Assembly (NCBI GenBank): GCA_951406725.2
Contig: OX597817.1
Coordinates: 150,164,001-150,228,000, forward strand
Length of the DNA: 64,000 nt
Source: Octopus vulgaris
Lineage: Eukaryota
Direction: 5' to 3'
Under the pieces are notes generated by a model. It did no database searches, was not told the origin of the DNA, and saw only the letters and a list, made by a program, of their open reading frames with translations. Position numbers and translations under genes: made by a program. Shown one piece after another: positions 53,726 through 64,000 of this stretch (positions are counted from its first letter, which is position 1; the number at the start of each line of letters is the position of its first letter).

Positions 53726-54111
53726 TCTTTATATATAAAAGTGAAGTTGTGTGCCTGTCTCCTACGATTTAGATTCCTAACTACTCCCACATTTTGCGGT
53801 GCAGTTTAACCAAAAGCGGGTAACTTATAATCGTGATTCATATCGAGCCCTTCTGGGTATTAGCGCGCGTCTACGATTTAAAAAAAAATTTACCATCATT
53901 TCTTTCCATTTTAATGCATTTTTTCGCTATTATATAAGGGAAGTAACTCTTTAAAAAGTCTACGATGAGTCAACGATTTAAAAAAAAATTTACCATCATA
54001 TTTTTTCCATTTTTAATGCATTTGTTTGCTATTTTTTGGCTATAACTCTCTAAAAAATGCTTTATAGTTATTTCCCTTACAAATCCGAGCAACGCCGGGC
54101 GATACTGCTAG
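53726..54111 (+). mobile_element. Non-autonomous Helitron, second copy nested in a TTAA MITE
   Basis: Same TC...CTAG termini and hairpin as 53065-53447. Confidence 0.85.
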
Positions 54112-54469
54112 TTCTACATAAATAATCGCATCATCAAACTCTTGAAAGCTATGAGATAATGCATGATTTATTCAAACAATACGAATGAATAAGCTTTACT
54201 TTTCACAGAGTAAACTGAACGCTATTTTATCCTTATATCTAAAACTTAATCTCTCTTTTCAAAGTTTATGCTTGTTCTCTTTTACTCGTTTCAGTCATTT
54301 GACTGCGGCCATGCTGGAGCACCGCCTTTAGTCGAACAAATCGACCCCAGGTCTTATTCTTTGGAAGCCTAGCACTTATTCTATCGATTACTTTTGCCGA
54401 ACCGCTAAGTTATGGGGACGTAAACACACCAGCGTCGGTTGTCAAGCGATGTTGGGGGGACAAACACAG

Positions 54470-54504
<35 letters not shown>

Positions 54505-56442
54505 CACATATACGACGGGCTTCTTTCAGTTTCTGTAAACCAAATCCACTCACAAGGCTTTGGTCGGCCCGAGGCTATAGTAGAAGACACTTGCCCAAGG
54601 TGCCATGCAGTGGGACTGGACTCGGAACCATGTGGTTCGTAAGCAAGCTACTTACCACACAGCTATGCCTAGACTATCAAACTGTTTTGTTTAATGTTCA
54701 ATATAGGGATGATGGTCAACTTCATTGGCCTTGTGGGTGGTATTTAGTTGACAGAAATTGTAAAGAAGCCTTTTTTGTTTTTTTGTTTTTTTCCAACTTC
54801 TTTCAGTCATTGGACTGCAACCATGCTGGAGCACTACCTTGAAGGGTTTTATTAAATGAATTAACCCCCAATGCCTTTTCCTATAAGTTTGGATGTGCAA
54901 TGTCAGTGTGCATATACAACACAGCGTAAGTGTCTTGAGAGAAGGGTTAGGCATAAGAGGCATCACGTGGTGTGCAAGAGAGACGACTGTGCTGGTATGG
55001 TCATGTGATGCATATGGATGAGGACAGCTGTGTAAAGAAGTGCCCATCACTAAATGTGAAGGGAAGCTGTGGAAGAGGTAGACCCAGAAAGACATGCGAT
55101 GAGGTAGTGAAGCATCTTTAGGCTGCATGGAGGCAATGACAAGTGACCGAGACCTTTGGCAATATGCTGTGCTTGAGTAGAAGACCCATCAAGCCAAGTG
55201 AAATCATAGTCATGGCCGATGTCAGTGTCACATAACTGACACCTGTGTTGATGGTAATGTTAAGCAGATTCCTAATATTTAAAGGGCCTAACCATATTCT
55301 GGATAGGCTTCAGGTAACATTCTAAGGTTCTACGATAATTATTTCTAGTTTCCAGATATACTGAAATACAAGAGAATCAAGTGTTCTTTCTTAAATGCTA
55401 ATACTTACTTGAAGAACAAGGGACTGCTCCTGTGAACTTTGAAAGTTCTTCTAGACTTGTTAAGTCAGTGGGGTTGTTTAGACTAAAATTCTGTATAGAA
55501 AATTTTAGCAGGGGACATTTTGAGGGATAACAGTTCTAGAGAGATAGGATTTAGCGAAATGTTTAATATTGAGCAATAGGTGAGACACAGAAATGGTGAG
55601 GGATAGGTAGTTCACATATACAGCTCTTTCAGGCAAGCGAAAACCATTACAGTGCAAGAAATAGTGCATTTATATAGGTCACTGGCTATAGTATGTTAGT
55701 GAATGAATCTTTGCCAAATACTCAGATGATTTTCTTTGATATACAATCTAGGATGTGTGCATAGCAGCAACAACAGCACTGGCATATATATGTGTGTGTG
55801 CGTGTGTATATATATGTGCGAGTATATATATATATATATATATATAAAGTAGGGGGGTTTAGTTCACAGGTGATCTAAATGATTAGCTACACTAGGTAAG
55901 TGCTGTAACAGATTACTAGGGCTCCAAGGTTATAGCCATTGTTTTAACATCTATTTTTCATTGCTTCCATGGGTCAGATAGACTTGGTTAAGGTAGACTT
56001 TCTATGCTCAGTTACTCTTTCTGTTTCCAACCCTCACCTATTTCCATATAAGATAATGTTTCTTTCTCCATGGCCAGACGTGTGTGTATGTGTAAGAGTA
56101 GCAAGGTCACTCTTGAGTTTTGTCGAGAGTGAGCAATGAGCAGCTAAAGTAATAAAGAAGCATTATCAGGTGTTGAAGAGGAAGGCTTGCAATGCAGTTT
56201 TTGCAAAGCAAGAATATGTGACTGCCATGAGAGATCAGATTGTGAGGCCAAACTTCTGCAGCTGATTTTAAAATTTTTAGATGAACATTGTATGTAGTGA
56301 TTCAGTCCTTGTGATAATGAAGGTCATGATATATTTAAAAGATGTTTTTAGGATTTCTCTTCATAACGGTATGATGTGAGATGTCTAAGGTGTCTATTTG
56401 TAAGAGATTATGGCTAAATGAATGGTGTATTATCTGCATAGC

Positions 56443-57391
56443 ATGCATTTCACTCTGAGCGAGAGGCCCTTTGTCAGCAGTAGGGGTAGAAGCTTTCTAA
56501 ACTTTGCCCAGACTATTCTTATTCTAGTAGTAACACTCTCTGAGCATCCACACCCCACTACTAACTTGGTCACCTAGGTAGCGGAAGCTATCAACTACTT
56601 CTAGTTTCTCCCCCTGGAGTGTGATGGAATCTGTTTTCTGAGCATCTGTGGTGTTTATTGCCCCTGTGCATCTGCTACACATGAAAGCTATCTTCCCGGT
56701 TAACCTTCCTTTGATGTTGCTGCACCTCTTATGTGTCCATAGCTTACACTGGGTACATCTTATGGAGTTTCTACTTACACCATTTCCACAGATCAAGCAG
56801 GGCCACCTACCTGACGGGGTGTGTGATGTGTTCGCCTTCCTACTTACTAGAGCTTTGGTCTTTGCTACATTGACTCTAAGGCCTTTTGATTCTAAACCTT
56901 GCTTCCACACCTGAAATTTTTTCTCTAGTTCTGGTAGTGATTCTGCTATGAGGGCCAGGTCATCAGCATAGAGGAGCTCCCAGGGGCAATCCGTCTTGAA
57001 TTCCTCTGTTATTGCCTGGAGGACTATGATGAATAAAAAGGAACTGAGGACTGAACCTTAGTGGACCCCTAATTCTGCCTGGAATTCTTCACTATACTTA
57101 TTGCCAATCCTAACCTTACTAACGGTCTCTCTGTATAGGGCCTGTACAGCTCTTATTAACCATTCGTCAATCCCCAGTTTCCACATCACCCACCAGGTAA
57201 GAGATCGGGGGACCCTGTCAAAGGCTTTCTCTAAGTCCATGAAAGCTATGTAGAGGGGTTTATCTTTAGCTAGGTTTTTCTCCTGCAGTTGTCGAACCAG
57301 GAATATTGCATCAGTGGTGCTTCTACCCAGCACAAAACCGAACTGCATCTCATCTAAGCAGACTCTCTCCCTAATGAGATGGGCTATGATA
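56443..57391 (-). pseudogene. Decayed RTE-clade LINE reverse-transcriptase fragment
   Basis: QFGFVLGRSTTDAIFLVRQLQEK...AFMDLEKAFDRVPR, CPWELLYADDL and FRYLGDQVSSG, with stops and frameshifts. Confidence 0.88.
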
Positions 57392-57879
57392 CCGTGATAT
57401 ATATATATATACACACACATATGGTGTTGTGTTTCCAGGACTGCACATAAACATGTCTAGACTATTTGTTGTTCAACAGACTGAAAGATTATTACTTCAC
57501 TTGAAAACAAGTAAGGGTTGGTGACAGGAAGGGTACCCAGCAACAGAAAACCCTGCCGAAGCATACTTTCATCTGATTCATACAAGCATGGAGAAGTAAA
57601 CATTCAAAACGATGATAATGTGAGGTGTACACGTGTGCTTATGTTGACCTGTGTCATGTCCCTTTACATTGAAGTGTAACCTAACAATTCAGCCAAATAA
57701 ATGGGGGTGGGGTTAGGGGCAGGATGTTTAACTAACTTTTGAAGGCAGATTGCCAGTACTAGCACAGTCCTATGACAGAAACCAGTAAAGTATCATTAAG
57801 AAAACTACTTCTTGCCCATACTTTATGACACTCCATATTCCTTTCAATTCTTAATTTTGAATCTTCTGATATAGGGATT

Positions 57880-58390
57880 GCTTACTTACTTGTACTTGTG
57901 CCGACAATCACCCTGGGCGGGTTGAGTTAGCTTCTACCACCCTCGAGGCATCTCGAACCATGGCAGCCCACACATGATGGTCCTGCGCCAGTTCACTGGA
58001 GATAGCGAGCCAGTCACAGTTCCATCGGCGCAGGCCGACCACCTGCGGACCCGTGAGCACAGAGAGGTCCTCCTTGATCGTCATAACCCAGGTTTTTAGC
58101 TGCCCGCCCGCGCGTTTCTGCCAGTTGGGAGAAGGACATCACGGCTCAGTTCACCCACCGGACGCCTACATGCATGGCCAAACCACTGCAAGTACCTTTG
58201 CAGAAGGACAGATGGAAGGGTCCGTAGAGACAGGCGAAGTCGGAGATTGGCGGTGGGAACTCGATCCACCCGACAGCAGTGAAGAATGCACCGGAGGCAA
58301 TCATTATCGAAGACTTCCAGCCTTCGTTGATCGATCACCTGCATTGGCCACATTTCACAGCCATAGAGAAGTACTGTACGAATGATGGCC
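57880..58390 (-). mobile_element. 3' fragment of a second RTE/BovB-like LINE with an (AAGT)n tail
   Basis: RRLEVFDNDCLRCIL...RYLQWFGHACRRP is the RTE C-terminal 'LRWFGH' motif; simple-repeat tail at ~57880-57900. Confidence 0.7.
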
Positions 58391-58621
58391 TGATATATTC
58401 ACCAAAGGGCTTAAATAAATGGAATATCAAAGTAGAATCTGTCAGTGATCTTCTCAACCAGATTTGGCTTCCAGCCTTCGTTGATCGATCACCCGCTTTG
58501 GCCACATTTCACAGCCATAGAGAAGTACTGTACGAACGATGGCCTGATATATTCACCATAGGGATTAAATAAATGGAATATCAAAGTAGAATCTGTCAGT
58601 GATCTTCTCAACCAGATTTGG
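58314..58621 (+). repeat. Tandem duplication, 154 bp x2
   Basis: CTTCCAGCCTTCGTTGATCG...CCAGATTTGG at 58314-58467 and 58468-58621. Confidence 0.9.
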
Positions 58622-59980
58622 ACTTTGATAGCTTTTCCTTTCGCAGTTCTGAAGTGTCAGCTGATGAAATTATTTTCTAATACTCATCATTGTTCCATAA
58701 TTTGACCCTTTTGTGACCAATTTCAGTTGAAATATGTGGACTGCTTTGGTTTCAGTTAATTTTAAAAATAAGGAAAAATTTATTAAAATAACTGTCATTA
58801 TTAAGCAGATGTTTAGAATATAAATTAACGTTTTAACCCTTTAGCATTCACATCACATCTCCTAGCACAAAGACCACACTTTCATGTTTCATAGTCCTGC
58901 AAGCTGCAGTACACACTGCCACGTGGTTGGTGTTAGGAAGAGCAAGTGGTTGGTGTTAAGGAGGTGAGCTGGCAGAAACGTTAGCACGCCGGGCGAAATG
59001 CTTAGCGGTATTTCATCTGCCGCTACGTTCTGAGTTCAAATTCCGCCAAGGTCAATTAAATAAGTACCAGTCATGCACTGGGGTTGATGTAATCGACTTA
59101 ATCCCTTTGTCTGTCCTTGTTTGTCCCCTCTCTGTTTAGCCCCTTGTGGGTAATAAAGAAATAAGAGCATCCATTGGTAGAAACATGCTGAAGCAGACAC
59201 TGGAACCTGATGCAGGTCTTGGGCCCATCAGATCCTGCCAAACCATCCAACCTTTGCCAGTGAGGAACATGGACATTGAATGATGATTGATATATAATTT
59301 AATCAATTCAAAGATGACATAAATATTTAATTCTTGCCAGCGTCTTATATTCATACCAAGAGTCCTATTTGGACATCAAGTAGACAAAATCTTATAATCC
59401 CTTTGAAGAACTGTCTACTGAATCCGAGAAGTAAATTCATCATCATCTTAACATCCATTTTTACATGCTGGTGTGGTGGGACAGGATGTGTCCTTCATGA
59501 GGTTTTTTTTTTTTTTTTCCTTCCTTCCTTTCTTAGAAAATAAATAGAAATTGAATTATGAGAACAACCTTCCTGAGGTTAAATAAGGAATTGTTGTTGG
59601 TTATAGAATTGGAAGACTTAAGTGAAGGAAGTAGTTCCAGATAATTGCAAATCTGAGGAGGAATGTTTGGGGGGAAAATGCTTAGTACAGGTCTAGGAAG
59701 CAAAGTACCTTGGGTATTGAGAAGAGATGAGTTTAGCAGATTTACTTGAGATTCCATTGTAATAACACTTGAGGAAGATAGAAAGTAGTTTAGCTTTTAA
59801 GCTGTACCTATCAGGAATTTTTTCATTAAAGCTATTTTTTATGACAAATGTGGGCTATTCAAGGTTTGTGAACAAGATTTTGTTTCTTGAGCAGATGTTG
59901 TAGATGGTTTTCAACTAGACACAGCTGAAGCATTTTGTTAGCTTAAAGGGAAATTCGATTTTATTGATGGAATTATCCAG

Positions 59981-60238
59981 ATATTCTGTTGTGTCTGGGG
60001 AGAGTCATTTTCTTTTTGTGCCTTATAATTTAACACATTCACCGGTAAAATTTCCACTTTTTTCTTATTTTTATTTTCCTAAAAATGTTTGTTGCGTCTT
60101 GCAACCTTTTCAATAGTTTAGAGTCAACGAAAATTTTTAGGAAAATAAAAATAAGAAAAAAGTGGAAATTTTACCGGTGAATGTGTTAAATTATAAGGCA
60201 CAAAAAGAAAATGACTCTCCTCAGACACAACAGAATAT
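59981..60238. repeat. Fold-back inverted repeat (~110-bp arms)
   Basis: ATATTCTGTTGTGTCTG...CCTAAAAAT / ATTTTTAGG...CAGACACAACAGAATAT. Confidence 0.9.
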
Positions 60239-60670
60239 GCTTCAACACACGAACTCATATAAAGAATCTTGCAAACCAAATCCCAAAACGAAATATCCAT
60301 ATATTATTGTTCCTACTATTACCTACAAGTTATTTTATGATGGTTTAGTGCTGCAAGTTACTTGTTAGCTGTTGTTTGATTATAAAAGTTGATTGTTTAG
60401 AGATACATATGTCTGGGTTTTGGCTTAAAATATTCCTAAAATGGTGAGACTCTTTTATACAATGTTTTAACCTTTTTAATACCAACCCCTTGAGACCACT
60501 TCTGGTTCTGTGATACATCATTTTCTTAATGGGATCTAAATTAAGACCTTCCATCAAAATTTCATGTCAACTTATGTTGCAAATACCAGCTTCATAATTT
60601 AAAAAAAGTTTTTCATTATGTTCAAAATTAATTAAAACAAAGATAGTGTGTTTCAAAAAAATATGGTAAT

Positions 60671-60834
60671 AGGCATAGGAGTGGCTGTGTGGTAATTAGC
60701 TTGCTTACGAACCACATGGTTCCAGGTTCAGTCCCACTGTGTGGCACCTTGGGCAAGTGTTTTCTACTCTAGCCTCGGGCCGACCAAAGCCTTGTGAGTG
60801 GATTTGTTAGACGGAAACTGAAAGAAGCCCGTCG

Positions 60835-60869
<35 letters not shown>

Positions 60870-61066
60870 CTGTGTTTGTCCCCCCAACATCGCTTGACAA
60901 CCGATGCTGGTGTGTTTACATCTCCGTAACTTAGCAGTTCAGCAAAAGAGACCGATAGAATAAGTACTAGGCTTACAAAGAATAAGTCCTGGGGTCAATT
61001 TGCTCGACTAAAGGCAGTGCTCCAGCATGGCCACAGTCAAATGACTGAAACAAATAAAAGAGTAAA
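60671..61066 (+). mobile_element. SINE family C (CORE-like) with internal (TA)n(TG)n; other copies ~3676-4020(-), 25466-25805(-), 30017-30357(+), 39950-40280(-), 48960-49327(+), 54275-54668(-)
   Basis: Head GTGGCTGTGTGGTAA...GGTTCAGTCCC; CORE-like CCTTGGGCAAGT; shared 3' end CAGCATGGCC.CAGTCAAATGACTGAAAC. Confidence 0.8.
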
Positions 61067-61249
61067 AGGGATAATCATGTTTACAATTAGAAGTTGAATA
61101 GGGTATAAGATAGGGGTGGGTCATTTCATTAAGGTTGAGGGTAGGTGAGAGATTGACAAAGAAGAAAAATACTACAATGACTCCTTTCAGGAACACTTTT
61201 ATTTATTGAGCTAACCAGAGGGGCCTCAACCTGGAAGAATTAGTCCCTA

Positions 61250-61263
61250 TCTCTCTCTCTCTT

Positions 61264-61309
<46 letters not shown>
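61250..61309. repeat. (CT)n microsatellite
   Basis: Direct reading of the sequence. Confidence 0.95.
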
Positions 61310-61315
<6 letters not shown>

Positions 61316-61739
61316 TTCTGTAGTGTCTTTATAAAAGGAAGACTACATCTTAGGTATACTGTCTGGAAATAAAATAAAAAACACAGACACTAGGATTGTC
61401 ATATGGGAACATCACCTTATGATTAAAGGTCTGCTTTAGCAGGATGATCTGGGGCTAAATAAAAACAAAAACAAAAGTTATTAAGGTTTGAATCAGAAAG
61501 GGTTCCATTGACACAGTGAGGGGGCTGTTGGTCTAGATAATAGCAGGGAATTACTTCTTTGTAAGGAATTAAGGAATATGTTTTTAACAAATTCAATCAA
61601 AGATGGAATCAATGTTTAAGGAACTGATTTTATATTTACTAGTCTCAGCAGAGAGAGGGCGCTGCTGATGGCTTTTTCAGGGCCTTTAAGTTTGGAGGGT
61701 GAACATGAAAATGATTAACCATCTTACAAACTTACAAAC

Positions 61740-62122
61740 CATTTTATAACTCTGAGCACCTTTTCAAACTCCATCAGTCTAACATCCATGGACATGTTTA
61801 CAAAGTCAGAAAACAGCACAGCTCCCATGACTTTCGGAAACATTTTTTCACGCTAAGAGTTGCTGAAGCATGGAACAAACTGCCGGCATCAGTTGTTAGT
61901 TGTTGGAGCACTGCATCCTACAAAACTTCCATGCTTCCTGAGATTCGCCAACACTACACCTGATTTTCTCCCCTCCATACACATGCAAGCATGTATCTGA
62001 CTCGTACACTGTTCACTTTCCAGACATTTATACATTACTGCATATGCTTTATACGCACTTTCGACAAGTTGTGGTGCACCTGAGCACTATATACAATAAT
62101 TTCATTATTATTATTATTATAA
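61740..62122 (+). mobile_element. CR1/L2-type LINE 3' end with an (ATT)n tail
   Basis: HDFRKHFFTLRVAEAWNKLPASVV matches the CR1 FF..RV...WN.LP motif; an inverted copy of the tail lies at ~63452-63506. Confidence 0.7.
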
Positions 62123-63449
62123 TCCCCCTGACTGGAGAGCTGACCCAGATGCTTACAGCACAGTGGACTCCACTAAAGCCAACAAATGGCCAATTGTTCA
62201 TATTAAACTAAGCAATGGATTAAGTCTACCACCCCAAAACAGAAATCGTTCAACAGGGCTTCTACATAGTTTCTATCTACTAAATTTCATTCACACAGCT
62301 TTGGCTGCCTAATGGATGTGGCAGAAGATACTAGCCCAAGGTGTTGTGAAATTGAACCTGAGACCATGTAGTTATGAAGAAAACTTCTTAACCACACAGC
62401 CATACTGATGATGTATGAAGTAACATAAAGACTCAATAAGATGTAACCGTTATTTATATCTTCCATTACCTTAAATATGATAAACATTGAAAGCAATTAG
62501 TATGTAATCGAGTGATAAGTCTACATCTCTTTATAGTGGAGTTCACAGTTATGTGTTTCCATATTTTGGGCTAGAAATGAGAGGTTAAATAATTGGGTGA
62601 ACATGAGAGCCAACTAAGAAGTGTTTAAAGGTGATGGCTGGAATGCCATTGTGAATAGTCACTTGGTTTCTGTTGAGAAATTGGCAGATTTGTTGTGCTT
62701 TCGTAACTGAAGCTATATCTATGGAGAGAGAGAGAGAAGGAAGTTATGAGCAGAGTGAGAAGCAAAGCGAAAGGTAAATATATTGGCATTTGCAGTGGGT
62801 GTTCTTTTCATAGACCCATCAGGGTTTGGCTGTTGTAGGTAGGGTGATGTAGTTGGCAGGAAACCAGAATGTATAACTGCAATTGGGAGAAAAAAGAAGA
62901 AGAAAAATGTGGTAACATTTATTTTCCTGATGGTCTGTTTGTAAAATTAGCAACTGGATACCAAAGATTGATGGCTGGCTTTAGTGAGAAAAATATTCTG
63001 ATTTTGTTTGAACAGCAACAGAACATCTTTAACCAAGAACTTTGTTGATATTGGATTATAAAATCTCTGTAGGATATTTAGTTATTAGAATGGAAACAAT
63101 TTCTGTTGTAATTTTATCAATTTCTTGAATATCAGGTATGAAATATACCTGCTGTTGTTACATGAGTAGGCTGGAAAGAATTTGCTCAGATAAAAACATT
63201 TTGTTGTTACCTTTGTATATGAATCTGATGTCTTATTTGTCTTACGTGGTACAGGCATGGCTTTGTGGTTTAAAAATTTAGTTCTTTTGTCATGTGTGGT
63301 TACAGGTTCAGTCCTACTGCATAGCATCTAGGACAAACATCTTCTGCTATAGTCCTGAGCCAATGATAGCCTTACAAGTCAATTTGATAGATGGAAATTC
63401 AAAGAAGCTTGTCGGGTGAGTGTGTGTGTGTGCAGATATGTATGTGCAC

Positions 63450-63483
<34 letters not shown>

Positions 63484-64000
63484 TGTGTACAGTGCTCAGG
63501 TGCACTACTGTTTGTGTGTATGTGTGTTCATATGAATGTGTATGTGTATATATATATGTGTGTAGATATGTATGTATAAATAGATTTATATATGTGTGTA
63601 AGTATATATGTATAAATAGATTTATGTGTGTGTGTGTGTGTGTGTAGTGACTGGTCCCATGCTGGTTGCACGTAAAAAGCACCATTCGAGCATGATTGTT
63701 GCCAGTACCACCTGACTGGCCCTTGTGCCAGTAGCATGTAAAAAGCATCCACTACACTCTCGGAGTGGTTGGCATTAGGAAGAGTATCCAGCTGTAGAAA
63801 CTTTACCAGATCAGATTGGAGCCTGGTGCAGCCTTCTGGCTTGCCAGCCTGCAGTCAAATCGTCCAACCAATGCCAGCATGGAAAGCGGACGTTAAGTGA
63901 TGATGATGATGTGTGTAGAAATGTTTGTATAAATAGATTTATATATGTGTGTTGATATGTATGCATAAATAGATTTATATGTTTGTAGATATGTATAAAT

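Overview
AT-rich, repeat-dense animal genomic DNA; the SINE/LINE repertoire suggests an octopus or other coleoid cephalopod (inferred, not database-checked). Two host genes lie on the minus strand. (1) A complete MCM6 (~825 aa) in only two coding exons (34178-32277, 29894-29319), with a probable non-coding first exon near 39613-39645 beside a cluster of E2F sites. (2) The first coding exon of an NRF1/erect wing/P3A2 transcription factor (440-239; the gene runs off the left edge), with a probable promoter and first exon near 10449-10570. The rest is transposon-derived: three tRNA-type SINE families, RTE- and CR1-type LINE remnants, a decayed mariner, mariner/pogo/piggyBac/hAT/Mutator-type MITEs and non-autonomous Helitrons. 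The most unusual items are: a repeated tRNA-headed element carrying a Penelope-type minimal hammerhead-ribozyme motif in fold-back arrangement (one pair inside the MCM6 intron); a near-perfect 1.55-kb inverted duplication plus a 470-bp direct duplication (A-B-A'-B) with templated junctions; and the near-total loss of MCM6 coding introns. Repeat boundaries were read by eye and are approximate unless TIRs or TSDs are quoted.
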